IMG/VR virus record: IMGVR_UViG_3300007754_000002
Direction: 5' to 3' (one strand)
Length of the DNA stretch: 36,718 bases
From: an uncultured virus (IMG/VR IMGVR_UViG_3300007754_000002)
Lineage: Duplodnaviria; Heunggongvirae; Uroviricota; Caudoviricetes
Shown: positions 18,055 through 26,184 of the stretch, piece by piece
How positions within the stretch are numbered: the stretch's first letter is position 1
Layout of the letters: every line of letters starts with the position of its first letter
Notes under the pieces: model-generated
What the model saw: only the letters and a program-made list of their open reading frames with translations
Database searches by the model: none
What the model was told of the DNA's origin: nothing
Translations under genes and position numbers: made by a program

Positions 18055-18444
18055 TCAGTACAGCTTGAGGCTGCCTGTCACGCGGTCCACTGCTTCTGAA
18101 AAAGCAGGCCCAACCGCGACACTGGTAAATGTCGGGACTCCCTTAAACTCAGTTATGCCGTGGTCCTGCACCAAAGCAGCAGGCAATCCAGCCGCCAAGG
18201 CGGCGTTGTAAACCGCGAGCAAAGCCTCTTCGGAAGACACCTGCGTCACCACCTTCGTGAAAGATCCCTCGACCCAGGCTCGCATCTCGGAAGTGATCTC
18301 AAGACCAAGAATGGGGGAGTCCGGGAGATCTACTTTCCTGTCGAGAAAGACCTTCAGGGAGGCATGAGCCCCTTGAGCGATCTCCTTCCCCCGCCTCATC
18401 TTGAGGTCCCTGCGTATGACAACCACCTGCTTGGTTGGGGTCAT
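18055..18444 (-). CDS. pth2: peptidyl-tRNA hydrolase Pth2
   Basis: KQVVVIRRDLKMRRGKEIAQGAHA, FTKVV, DHGITE, VAVGP, VTGSLKLY. Confidence 0.92.
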   Translation of the reverse strand: MTPTKQVVVIRRDLKMRRGKEIAQGAHASLKVFLDRKVDLPDSPILGLEITSEMRAWVEGSFTKVVTQVSSEEALLAVYNAALAAGLPAALVQDHGITEFKGVPTFTSVAVGPAFSEAVDRVTGSLKLY

Positions 18445-18719
18445 AGGTTCCCCCGCCCCCACTCTTCTTTCTCCTGCTCCCAGAATCTCAGGAGAGCCTC
18501 AGTGGACCAGGGGCCGGGATGGAACCGCGTGTATTCCTGCTGGATAGTCGTCAAACGAACCCGGTCCCGAGGGGTCTTATCCAAGAGCCACCGCCTGAAC
18601 TGGAGGAGGCGGAGGTAATGAGCCAAGGCACCGTCCACACCTCCCAGCTTGTCCGGCCAATGGATGCAAGCCACGATGCTGTGATCGATGAAGTCCAGGG
18701 TCTCTTCAGCAGATCTCAC
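18441..18719 (-). CDS. hypothetical protein
   Basis: 92 aa, ATGA-coupled to pth2. Confidence 0.55.
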   Translation of the reverse strand: MRSAEETLDFIDHSIVACIHWPDKLGGVDGALAHYLRLLQFRRWLLDKTPRDRVRLTTIQQEYTRFHPGPWSTEALLRFWEQEKEEWGRGNL

Positions 18720-18850
18720 TGGAGGGGCTCTTTGTTTATGAGTCCCCTCACTATATCCCTCAACGAGGACCCCGACACACCCCGGGGCGACCTTGACCGG
18801 TCAGTGAGGCGGGACTTATTTCACCCGCACCCCCGAGGGGCCGGGGAGAG

Positions 18851-18924
18851 TGCTCCAGGGGGGACTTGAACCCCCGTCCTCCTGATTGAGAGTCAGGCGA
18901 CCTTGACCGCTAGTCCACTGGAGC
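18851..18924 (-). tRNA. tRNA-Glu(CTC)
   Basis: Cloverleaf GCTCCAG/CTGGAGC, anticodon loop CT-CTC-AA, T-loop TTCAAGT. Confidence 0.9.
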
Positions 18925-18931
18925 AAGGTAG

Positions 18932-19005
18932 CACTGCTGACGGGATTTGAACCCGCGATTACCGCCTTGAAAGGGCGGGGGCTTAGACCGCTAGCCTACA
19001 GCAGC
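18932..19005 (-). tRNA. tRNA-Glu(TTC)
   Basis: Cloverleaf, loop CT-TTC-AA, T-loop TTCAAAT. Confidence 0.9.
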
Positions 19006-19131
19006 ACGAGGCTCAGTCAGATCCACTCACCAAACCACGGAGCGAGACGTTCTCGCTCAACGTGGATTTCTCCCGAGAGGTTGGTCCAGTGGAATGCCAT
19101 GACCCTTGTTTACTTCCACCCCCCTGAAGTG

Positions 19132-19245
19132 TCAACCCAGAAACCCCACGAGGAGAAACAACAGGAGCATCCCGAACAAGAGGCCCCCACAACCGGCGAC
19201 CAGCTTGAGGTGCCGTCGCCGGGTTGTCGCGGGATGGTTGTACAA
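19132..19245 (-). CDS. small membrane protein (37 aa)
   Basis: TTG start after GGAG; ...LKLVAGCGGLLFGMLLLFLLVGFLG. Confidence 0.45.
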   Translation of the reverse strand: MYNHPATTRRRHLKLVAGCGGLLFGMLLLFLLVGFLG

Positions 19246-19509
19246 CTAACTCTCCGTCTCCAGAACATACTTCACAGCCATGATGACTCCCGCGAGTGAA
19301 TGAGCTGAATCCGCATCCATACTCTGCACCCCGTGATCCCACCAGTGGAGGACCATCTCCAGAACACGGTGTGTCATAGGAGAGAGCCGACCATAACGGA
19401 TCTTCCGCTGACAAATCTGACAGATGTGGAGGGAGTAGCCCTTCCCAGAGTCTCGGACCTTCAGAGCTGAAGTCTGCGACCTCGGGTAGATGTGGTCACA
19501 AGGCCCCAT
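19246..19509 (-). CDS. small zinc-binding hypothetical protein
   Basis: CDH ... CQIC; GGAG RBS. Confidence 0.6.
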   Translation of the reverse strand: MGPCDHIYPRSQTSALKVRDSGKGYSLHICQICQRKIRYGRLSPMTHRVLEMVLHWWDHGVQSMDADSAHSLAGVIMAVKYVLETES

Positions 19510-19515
19510 GACTGC

Positions 19516-19743
19516 TTACTGCTCCTGAGCCAGAGTCCGAAGGAGGAGGTCCCGGAGAGCCTCCGGCGTCACAGACCCGGCCACAGCCACGTCCCGGAGC
19601 GGGATGAGGTAGCGGTTGTTCTTGAAGGGGAACGGCAGCTCAACCCCATCCGGGGGCCAGATAGCCACCGACCGGCGACCCACTTGGTAGTGCCAGATTC
19701 CAGGCATCCGGCCGAGAGTCTTGAAGGCGTGATCTTGACGCAT
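19516..19743 (-). CDS. hypothetical protein
   Basis: 75 aa in tight gene order. Confidence 0.55.
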   Translation of the reverse strand: MRQDHAFKTLGRMPGIWHYQVGRRSVAIWPPDGVELPFPFKNNRYLIPLRDVAVAGSVTPEALRDLLLRTLAQEQ

Positions 19744-19746
19744 GAC

Positions 19747-20238
19747 CTATCCGAAAATGGCGGATAGCCAGAGGAAACCCGCCCAGAAGAGGAAACCCGC
19801 GAAGAAGCCCTTCGCAAAGTCCGAAGAAAACCCCCACTTGGAAGCACGTAAGGCTACCCGGGTCGGGTTCTGCTCGATCAAATTGAGGAGGCGGGACCGG
19901 CCATTATCCGTATCGAAAATATCCCCGCAGTAGAGGAGATCCGCCGGGTTGACGATCCGGGAGTAGAGGCCCCTGAAAACCTCAAGCTTGCCTCGATCGG
20001 TATCCGTGATCTGTGCGAAAGCTCGGACTTGACCCGCAGTGAACGGGCGGTCGCTGTTGGCAAGTGTCCTCGCCAATCGACCCCTTCCGTTGTCCGTGTC
20101 CATCGACCGGAACTGCTTCATCAGGCGATCGAAGCCCGAAGGGTCAGGCTCTTCCTCTGGCTTGAACCCAGCCCCGCAGTAGAGGCACTGAGTTTCAACC
20201 TGGGGAGCACCGCAGAATCGACATTGAGGCTGTCTCAT
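19747..20238 (-). CDS. zinc-ribbon + DUF4476-like + C-terminal TM protein
   Basis: CRFCGA..CLYCG; repeated DTD.G[RK] helical motif; hydrophobic C-terminus; leaderless start 7 nt from CGTATA. Confidence 0.7.
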   Translation of the reverse strand: MRQPQCRFCGAPQVETQCLYCGAGFKPEEEPDPSGFDRLMKQFRSMDTDNGRGRLARTLANSDRPFTAGQVRAFAQITDTDRGKLEVFRGLYSRIVNPADLLYCGDIFDTDNGRSRLLNLIEQNPTRVALRASKWGFSSDFAKGFFAGFLFWAGFLWLSAIFG

Positions 20239-20281
20239 GGGTCAGTATACGAGTCGCAGGAGAAAGTTCTCCCGGAAAGAA

Positions 20282-20310
20282 GAAAAGCCTCGGATTTACC
20301 GAGGCTTTTC
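20282..20310 (-). terminator. intrinsic terminator after tmRNA
   Basis: GAAAAGCCTCGG/CCGAGGCTTTTC hairpin followed by a T-rich tract on the minus strand. Confidence 0.75.
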
Positions 20311-20317
20311 AAGGATT

Positions 20318-20713
20318 TGGAGCCGGCGGGAGTCGAACCCGCGTCCAGCCCAGCGTTAGCTTCACAGCGTTCGTAGCCTTGGTCCATACTCAGAACCATC
20401 GTGTCCCTGGTTGCTTTTACCAGGAAGCCATCTCACTGATGATCCCCCCAGCGGGGAACCTCACCACGTCGCGGTCAGGAGCGACACCGCGATGCTGCCG
20501 GGCTGATTAAAAAGAACTGAGCGGCGACCCCAGCCGGAGGTCAGCTACCAGTCCCCAGGGCTCACGTAGTCCCCGGACTTCTGGGTGGCTAGGCCGCCGC
20601 CCGGAAGTTGTTGTTGTTGTTGGCAGTTATTACCAGTTGAGCCCGTAAGGGGGTGCTCATGTCCTGCTACGCCTGATTCACCTCAGCCGACCTGTCGAAA
20701 CCGGTGCGGCCCC
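20318..20713 (-). ncRNA. ssrA: tmRNA, tag peptide ANNNNNFRAAA (20624-20589)
   Basis: 5' GGGGCCG..GGTTTCGAC, 3' GGGTTCGACTCCCGCCGGCTCCA with G3-U70, resume context TAATAACT-GCC-AAC, tag ending AAA-stop. Confidence 0.95.
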
Positions 20714-20717
20714 ATAA

Positions 20718-20730
20718 TGTCAAAGAGTGC
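20718..20730 (-). promoter_or_regulatory. boxA-like antitermination site
   Basis: GCACTCTTTGACA just 5' of tmRNA; compare rrn boxA TGCTCTTTAACA. Confidence 0.55.
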
Positions 20731-20738
20731 TGCTCCTA

Positions 20739-20765
20739 TATACGAGGAGCGGGAGGGAGCTTGCC
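20739..20765 (-). promoter_or_regulatory. phage promoter-like motif upstream of tmRNA (GGCAAG-N15-CGTATA)
   Basis: Recurring motif 25 nt upstream of the tmRNA 5' end. Confidence 0.6.
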
Positions 20766-20786
20766 AGAAAACTATCGCAGGGGGGT

Positions 20787-20973
20787 GGTGATGGAGGTCG
20801 AACAGGACATAGGAATGCGTGTTCGGGGTCCCCGGTTGGGGTTGGGATCGTCTAACCTGCCGCCGAAGGTGTCTGACGGTGATCAGTTTAATTCCCGAAG
20901 GGTCCGGGGTAAACGCGCCGAGGTGCTAACCGGCCCCTCTCAGGGCAAATTGAGTAGGCCTACCTCCATCACC
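20787..20973. ncRNA. candidate ~187-nt structured RNA
   Basis: 12-bp closing stem GGTGATGGAGGT/ACCTCCATCACC with internal stems; intergenic. Confidence 0.4.
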
Positions 20974-21015
20974 CGGATCAAGTCTCATTAGCGAGACTCG
21001 ACCCGTAACCCTGCG

Positions 21016-21525
21016 TTAATTGAAGAGGTCCACGGAGACCTCCTCGATCTCCACTTCCGTCGCGTTGGCGACCTGGATGGCAGCACGGAGATCCGAGGCG
21101 TACCGGCCAGCCCGGCGAGCCGCCGCGGTGGCGGTCTCCTCCGAGACCTGACGGACGGCGACGATCTCGCCCTCCCGGCGAGTCATCTCCCGCCCGCTGT
21201 ACTTATCCCGGCCCGTGTCGGTCGCCGCGGATCGCCACATCTTCTCAGCCCGGCCCGCTCCAGAGACCTTCTTCACAGCCTCGCAGAGCGTCATCTCGAC
21301 TCCCTGGACATGCAGCGTCACCGCGAGGTTATACCTCGCCTGAGCGGTCTGGAGAGCCGCGATCTTGTTCTCGTAGGCCCGGAACCTCTCCATGAGAGCC
21401 TGGGGGGAGGTCCCTTCCTCGCCCGGGAAGGCGAAGAGGGAGTCCTTCCACTGCTTGTTGACGATCGCGAGAGCGTGTCCCCACTCTCTCACGGCGTGCT
21501 GGAGCTGATAGCCGGTGACCTTCAT
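21016..21525 (-). CDS. coiled-coil hypothetical protein
   Basis: 169 aa, AGGAG RBS. Confidence 0.75.
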   Translation of the reverse strand: MKVTGYQLQHAVREWGHALAIVNKQWKDSLFAFPGEEGTSPQALMERFRAYENKIAALQTAQARYNLAVTLHVQGVEMTLCEAVKKVSGAGRAEKMWRSAATDTGRDKYSGREMTRREGEIVAVRQVSEETATAAARRAGRYASDLRAAIQVANATEVEIEEVSVDLFN

Positions 21526-21581
21526 AATCTCTCCTGGTAGCCTCTATACCCGCCGCGGTATGTTTCTGGGGGAGGAGCACC

Positions 21582-21809
21582 TTGAAGCCCGAGCACTACC
21601 ACTGCCCGTTTGACTGCGAGCACCCCCAGCCGTTTACCTTGACCGGCTACTTGACCCTCCGGGCTATCAAGGTGGGATTTCGTCGAGGCAAACGCTACTG
21701 CGGGCGGTGCTGGCACAAATTCTCGGAAGTCGTGGAGGTCATTCTATGCACCCCCGAGACCTGCCCGGACGATGTGCTCCTTGATCCCGCTATAGCATCT
21801 CCGACATAG
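21582..21809 (+). CDS. small Cys/His-rich protein
   Basis: GGAGGAG RBS, CPFDCEH, CGRCWH, CTPETC. Confidence 0.55.
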   Translation: MKPEHYHCPFDCEHPQPFTLTGYLTLRAIKVGFRRGKRYCGRCWHKFSEVVEVILCTPETCPDDVLLDPAIASPT

Positions 21810-21866
21810 GATCCCCCCCCGGGTGATCAACGCCTGAAGAATCTTCTTGGCATAGGATTCCTGAGA

Positions 21867-22670
21867 TTATTGGGTGGTTCCGTAGGCACCTAGCAAGTGC
21901 CAGTGAACCCGAAAGCTCCCAGACCTGGAATCCCATTCGATGTAGTTCTGAGCCACCAGCCAGAGGAGGCGGGCCACGAGCATCACCGGGAGCATCTGAA
22001 AGCCTAGCCCGAACGCCGCAGCCACGGCTCCAACTGCACTCTCAGGGAGGGAGCCCAGCAGCTCCGAGAGAGAGATAGCTCCCGTGAACCCAGCGGCGAG
22101 GCCCCGGAAATCCCAGGAGATCTCAGCGACGTTGAACCAGATGAACGCGAAGATAGCGGCGTAGACCGGCCGCCGGAGAGTGGGGAGGTACTTCGCGAAG
22201 AGGCGATCGATGTAATCCACCCCGGGCTTCACCCGTGTCCTCAACACCTCCCCCACCCCGGTCTCCTTCATGATCCTCCCGATGAGGTCCGTGAGCGTAG
22301 GGAGGTTCGCCCTGGGGTGGAAAAAGATCCCTAGCGGAAACTCATGAGCCGCACGTCTGAGCACCTTTCCGAGGGCTTTCTTGCCCTCCTGAGCCCACTT
22401 TCGGATGTTCTCCGGGGTCAGCTCCCCGATCATGTCTTTGAGGCGACTCAGGAAGCGTGGCTGCTTCCGCAGCATCTTCAGGAAGCTCTTCAGCCTCCGA
22501 ACCATCGTGCCAAACCCTGCGGTGCGTTCAAAGAACGAGTCCGCGAGGGCTTCAAAGGTCTCTCTGTCGAGCTGGGATGCGAAACGCTGATTCCCAGGCG
22601 AGCCCCATGCCTCTCGGCAGGCTCGTCGAATCATGTGCCGGTGGGCTACTCGGGCAGGATCGGGTCGCAT
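21867..22670 (-). CDS. hypothetical membrane-associated protein with N-terminal RVAxR motif
   Basis: MRPDPARVAHRH; hydrophobic C-terminal helices; upstream TAA-N5-CTAT motif. Confidence 0.75.
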   Translation of the reverse strand: MRPDPARVAHRHMIRRACREAWGSPGNQRFASQLDRETFEALADSFFERTAGFGTMVRRLKSFLKMLRKQPRFLSRLKDMIGELTPENIRKWAQEGKKALGKVLRRAAHEFPLGIFFHPRANLPTLTDLIGRIMKETGVGEVLRTRVKPGVDYIDRLFAKYLPTLRRPVYAAIFAFIWFNVAEISWDFRGLAAGFTGAISLSELLGSLPESAVGAVAAAFGLGFQMLPVMLVARLLWLVAQNYIEWDSRSGSFRVHWHLLGAYGTTQ

Positions 22671-22739
22671 TCTGACCAGCCCGAGACATAGAAAGATTAG
22701 GGAGCCCGTTAGACAGCCTGAGAATCCGACAAGAGGCTT

Positions 22740-23030
22740 TTAGCTGGGCTCCCGGGGGTCCAGGGCTTCTACCCAGGCTTGAGCCTCTGAGAGGCTTCTG
22801 AAGGGCTCTGTACGCAGCTTGGGGAACCCCGCCATAAGCCGCCCATCTTCCCCGGTTTTGAAGACCCACCAGTTTCCGTCGTCGTGCTTTTCCAAAAAAG
22901 CACGCCCGTCTGATGGGTAACTGGACCAGTTACCCGTCCTCCAGGTGATTATGGAGCCACCAGCGGGATTTGAACCCGCGACCCCATCCTTACCAAGGAT
23001 GTGCTCTTCCCCTGAGCTATGGCGGCTCAT
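22740..23030 (-). CDS. possible hypothetical protein whose 5' part overlaps tRNA-Thr
   Basis: ATGA-coupled to the upstream stop; protein-like 3' part; true start uncertain. Confidence 0.4.
   Translation of the reverse strand: MSRHSSGEEHILGKDGVAGSNPAGGSIITWRTGNWSSYPSDGRAFLEKHDDGNWWVFKTGEDGRLMAGFPKLRTEPFRSLSEAQAWVEALDPREPS
22952..23026 (-). tRNA. tRNA-Thr(GGT)
   Basis: Cloverleaf, loop TT-GGT-AA, encoded CCA. Confidence 0.92.
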
Positions 23031-23338
23031 GACGGTGGTTCCTCCGGAAGAGCGACGCTCGTGTTCAACATAATAACACCAGCGTCAGCGTCAAAGACAG
23101 CGTGAAGGACATGCTCGTCCGTGTCGCTGTCCAACCCCTCTTCCTGAACCTTCGTTTTGATTTCCTTCGTTCGATAGAGGATCGCTTCCGGGTGCTTCTC
23201 TTCGTGGAAACGTAGCACATCCACGATGGCTTGATCCCACCCGGCTGTCTTCAAGAGGTGTTTTACGGCGTCCTCAAACCCCATGCCTACCGGAACGGGG
23301 ACGACGACCACCTTCGATTTCTGGTGCAAGATCGACAC
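23027..23338 (-). CDS. hypothetical protein
   Basis: 103 aa, GGAGG RBS. Confidence 0.65.
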   Translation of the reverse strand: MSILHQKSKVVVVPVPVGMGFEDAVKHLLKTAGWDQAIVDVLRFHEEKHPEAILYRTKEIKTKVQEEGLDSDTDEHVLHAVFDADAGVIMLNTSVALPEEPPS

Positions 23339-23396
23339 CTCCAGTCTGATCCGGGCTTCATTGAAGGCTTACCGGAATTGGACTGGAGTCTGAAAG

Positions 23397-23469
23397 AGCG
23401 GGCGACCGGGGTCGAACCGGCGACAATCGGCTTGGAAGGCCAATGCTCTACCAACTGAGCTACACCCGC
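23397..23469 (-). tRNA. tRNA-Gly(TCC)
   Basis: GCGGGTG/CGCCCGC, loop CT-TCC-AA. Confidence 0.92.
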
Positions 23470-24110
23470 GAATGTTTCGGAAGAGCCAACCGAAAGTTAG
23501 AACCCCATGTTTTGAGAGGAAAGACCACCAAGCTCGCCTCTCTTCCGAGGAGAGGCTGGAGGGGCCGACAGACCACAACGACTTCCTTCTCCGGCCAGAA
23601 GAACCCAAAGTCTGTGACTTGGAAACGAGACTGATAAGTCCTCCTGGCAGCAATCGAGCGAGGTGAGGGTCGGCTCGACCAAATAGAACCCACCAGAGGG
23701 TAATGGGGTTCCATCAGGGATGCCTCTGAAAGGTTCAGGTGAGCCAAATCCTGAGCCTCCTGAGGAGGCTCTTCGCCCGGAAGATACACCAACCCCATGA
23801 AGAAGACTCTCTCCTCGGGATTGCGACCCAGGGTAGTGACCCTGACCGGCTCTTCCGTATCGAGGAAGACTTCTGGGTGCTTGAATGTTCCGACCCATTC
23901 TGCGAGGCAAGAGTCGCAGATGACCATCTCCAAGGTAGCCATGTCTGGAGGGAACGAATCCCCATAGCCACCCGAGATATTGATGACGTGAAATCCAGGC
24001 GGGATGAATCCGTCGGTCGCCGCCTTCTCTGACCCGCACTTGTTACAGGAGGCCCCTTTGATAACAGGAACAGCCTCAAGACGCTGGCGGTACACGGTTT
24101 TGATCGGCAT
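23460..24110 (-). CDS. zinc-finger + DUF1653-like protein; stop codon inside tRNA-Gly
   Basis: CNKCG...CDSC; FQV...E.EVVVVCRPL...VFPL..W..NF. Confidence 0.65.
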   Translation of the reverse strand: MPIKTVYRQRLEAVPVIKGASCNKCGSEKAATDGFIPPGFHVINISGGYGDSFPPDMATLEMVICDSCLAEWVGTFKHPEVFLDTEEPVRVTTLGRNPEERVFFMGLVYLPGEEPPQEAQDLAHLNLSEASLMEPHYPLVGSIWSSRPSPRSIAARRTYQSRFQVTDFGFFWPEKEVVVVCRPLQPLLGREASLVVFPLKTWGSNFRLALPKHSRV

Positions 24111-24149
24111 GTCTTGTTATACCTGAAAGCCCTGTTCTCTGGGCTATAG

Positions 24150-24222
24150 CGGCGCCAGGGGGAATCGAACCCGCCTACCATCTCCTCGACAGGGAGAGCC
24201 CTCGCCATTCGGACTTGGCACC
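24150..24222 (-). tRNA. tRNA-Asp(GTC), atypical
   Basis: GGTGCCA/TGGCGCC, loop CT-GTC-GA; lacks U8 and has an irregular T stem. Confidence 0.65.
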
Positions 24223-24313
24223 TGGGGGGTCCACTACTTGATTACACGCCGCCGGCCCCCGGGCGTGGCTCCAGATTCTCTCGGCATCGGAACATCCACC
24301 GAGTCTCGCGAGA

Positions 24314-24391
24314 TGGTAGGGGTGAGAGGGCTCGAACCTCTAAACCTCCCGGGTCAGAGCCGGGCGTTCTACCAAATTGAACTACACCCCT
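24314..24391 (-). tRNA. tRNA-Gln(CTG)
   Basis: Cloverleaf, loop CT-CTG-AC, encoded CCA. Confidence 0.85.
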
Positions 24392-24396
24392 GAGTA

Positions 24397-24519
24397 GAGA
24401 GACAGCGATTCAGCCCGGCGACTACCGGCCCCACCTGTGTAGGAGCCACCTACACAGGTCAGGGCCAGCGTCTCTCCGAGCTTCCTCGCTGGACTGCGAA
24501 GCGGCTAACCTCGCCTCTC
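24397..24519 (-). ncRNA. candidate ~123-nt three-way-junction RNA
   Basis: Starts 7 nt after CGTATA (24527); terminal stem plus long hairpin ACCTGTGTAGG/CCTACACAGGT. Confidence 0.5.
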
Positions 24520-24550
24520 ATAAACGTATACGAGTGGGCCCTGATAATTC

Positions 24551-25108
24551 TCAGGGCCACGCTAAGATTTCTGGGCAGTGATCCCACTGGTCAAAGCCCA
24601 TGTCTCTCAGCATGAGCCTCACGTAAGTGGAGCCTATGCGGTCAAGGGAGACTGCGTCTACTCCTTGGCTCGCCTGAAATTGCCTCCAGGCGTACAGCAA
24701 CCGGACGAAGCTGCGGCAATCGGCCCCCCCAGGTTCTCGGGCTTCTGGGGGGAGATCTTGTTGGAATCTGCTGATGACCGCGGGGAGGTGGGGGCGGAGG
24801 TCGCCCATCCACAGCAGCTTGCGGTATCGGGCTTCGATGAAATGCCGATAGCCTCTCGGGTTCCCGGACATTTCGACCAGACATAGGATAGGGCCAATGT
24901 CTGTCTGGACGGCTCGCTGAAGGCTCACAGCAGCGTTCAGAGGCCACTCACTCCCAGCTTCCAGGGTCTCCCCTACCTGAAGGTCTCTGCCGTCAGAGAA
25001 CCTCATCTTGAGGTCCGCTGGGGCGACAAACCATCCTCGGACAGGGTCCGGGAGTGTCTGGTCACCTCCTTTCGGAGTGTAGTGCTGGTTCTGGAGCATA
25101 GGGGACAT
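24551..25108 (-). CDS. hypothetical protein
   Basis: 185-aa ORF between tRNA clusters. Confidence 0.65.
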   Translation of the reverse strand: MSPMLQNQHYTPKGGDQTLPDPVRGWFVAPADLKMRFSDGRDLQVGETLEAGSEWPLNAAVSLQRAVQTDIGPILCLVEMSGNPRGYRHFIEARYRKLLWMGDLRPHLPAVISRFQQDLPPEAREPGGADCRSFVRLLYAWRQFQASQGVDAVSLDRIGSTYVRLMLRDMGFDQWDHCPEILAWP

Positions 25109-25115
25109 TACCTAG

Positions 25116-25228
25116 AAACAGCGGAGGATTTGAACCTCATTTCCCCTGGATTCTCCCTCAAGGGTAGCAGGGAGGGGGAGCCGCTACCGGACTCCCCGAG
25201 GCGTCTTACCGGGTTGGACCACGCTGCT
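25116..25228 (-). ncRNA. tRNA-like RNA with anticodon arm replaced by two kissing-compatible hairpins
   Basis: Acceptor AGCAGCG/CGCTGTT, D-like arm, T-loop TTCAAAT; insert loops GGTAGC and GCTACC. Confidence 0.65.
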
Positions 25229-25232
25229 TCGA

Positions 25233-25306
25233 TCTGGGTGGAGGGATTTGAACCCCCGACCATCTGCTCCCAAAGCAGAAGCTCTTCCAGGCTGAGCTAC
25301 ACCCAG
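25233..25306 (-). tRNA. tRNA-Pro(TGG)
   Basis: Cloverleaf, loop TT-TGG-GA. Confidence 0.92.
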
Positions 25307-25331
25307 GTGATCCCCCGAAGGGGGGATGCTG

Positions 25332-25568
25332 TCAGAAGTTGACCTTGGTATCGGTCATCTCGACACCACGCCTCATGAGAACATGGAAGCTCTCATGGTC
25401 CGTGATGTTCAGCTCGAAAAATTCCTCTCCGGCGACCCGGAGAGACGCCTCGCCACAACACCCGCAGCCGTAGCCGTCAAGGGTGGCTCCGTACTCTCGA
25501 AACAACTTCTTCAGCTTGCTCAGGAATTCCTGAGCATTCGCGTTCTCACGCGACGTGTCAGCACTCAT
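25332..25568 (-). CDS. hypothetical protein
   Basis: GGAGG RBS before MSADTS; GCGCCG motif. Confidence 0.6.
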   Translation of the reverse strand: MSADTSRENANAQEFLSKLKKLFREYGATLDGYGCGCCGEASLRVAGEEFFELNITDHESFHVLMRRGVEMTDTKVNF

Positions 25569-25632
25569 GCTGCACCTCCTTCCGCGGAGGTAGATAGGAT
25601 CGACCCGTCCGAGGCGGGACGCAGTATTTTGT

Positions 25633-25705
25633 CGCATGGAGCAGGATTTGAACCTGCAACCTTCGGTGCCTAAAACCGACGCTCATCCAATTGAGCTGTC
25701 TATGC
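25633..25705 (-). tRNA. tRNA with TAG (Leu) anticodon on an Arg-like short-variable-arm body
   Basis: Loop TT-TAG-GC, 5-nt variable loop, G73, C8, one acceptor mismatch. Confidence 0.65.
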
Positions 25706-25735
25706 TTGTGTGCGTGCCCAGATGGGGCGGGTCAA

Positions 25736-25811
25736 TGGATGCGGAGGCGAGACTCGAACTCGCGTCGCCGGGGTATGAACCCGGGCTGGAACCCCTCCAG
25801 TCTACTCCGCA
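25736..25811 (-). tRNA. tRNA-Met(CAT), initiator-like
   Basis: GGG/CCC at the base of the anticodon stem, loop TT-CAT-AC, encoded CCA; unusual D arm. Confidence 0.75.
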
Positions 25812-25830
25812 GAAGGTTCCCCTGGTAAAG

Positions 25831-26076
25831 ATGGGGGTGCCCACTGATCCTGTCATCGACCTGTTGGTCGCGCGAGCTAAGCTAATACGCCGCCGCGAGG
25901 AACGTCTGACAGAACACTTAATCGATCTTCGATGCCGGGGGTTGACGCCAACAGATGTAGACTTGCTCTTGGAAGAGCTGGCGAATCAAGCCTGTGAAGA
26001 CAGGGCTTTTTTGTCCGAGCTAATCCGAGCTGTCCAGAAACAGCGTGCTCCTCGTCTCTGGTGGCGTCTCTGGTAA
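25831..26076 (+). CDS. hypothetical protein
   Basis: MGVPTDPVIDLLVARAKL..., helical, fills the gap between tRNAs. Confidence 0.5.
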   Translation: MGVPTDPVIDLLVARAKLIRRREERLTEHLIDLRCRGLTPTDVDLLLEELANQACEDRAFLSELIRAVQKQRAPRLWWRLW

Positions 26077-26106
26077 AGAGTGTTCGCGCCGACGACGCGA
26101 ACACAA

Positions 26107-26184
26107 TGGCGGGGTAGACGGGACTCGAACCCGCGAGCCTCCGGCGTGACAGGCCGGCGTTCTTGCCATCTGAACTACTACCCC
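26107..26184 (-). tRNA. tRNA-Asp(GTC)
   Basis: Cloverleaf, loop CT-GTC-AC, G73, CCA. Confidence 0.92.

Noticed and set aside
18765..18845. Possible structured RNA after tRNA-Glu
   Set aside because: Pairings are short and GC-driven, with no motif or second copy to support it.
19013..19414. ORF with DnaJ-like CEVCSGDG
   Set aside because: It overlaps better-supported ORFs (19246-19509, 19132-19245); a single motif is likely chance.
25701..25712. CACAAGCATA motif overlapping the 5' end of the TAG-anticodon tRNA
   Set aside because: Different structural context from the giant-insert family; probably coincidental.
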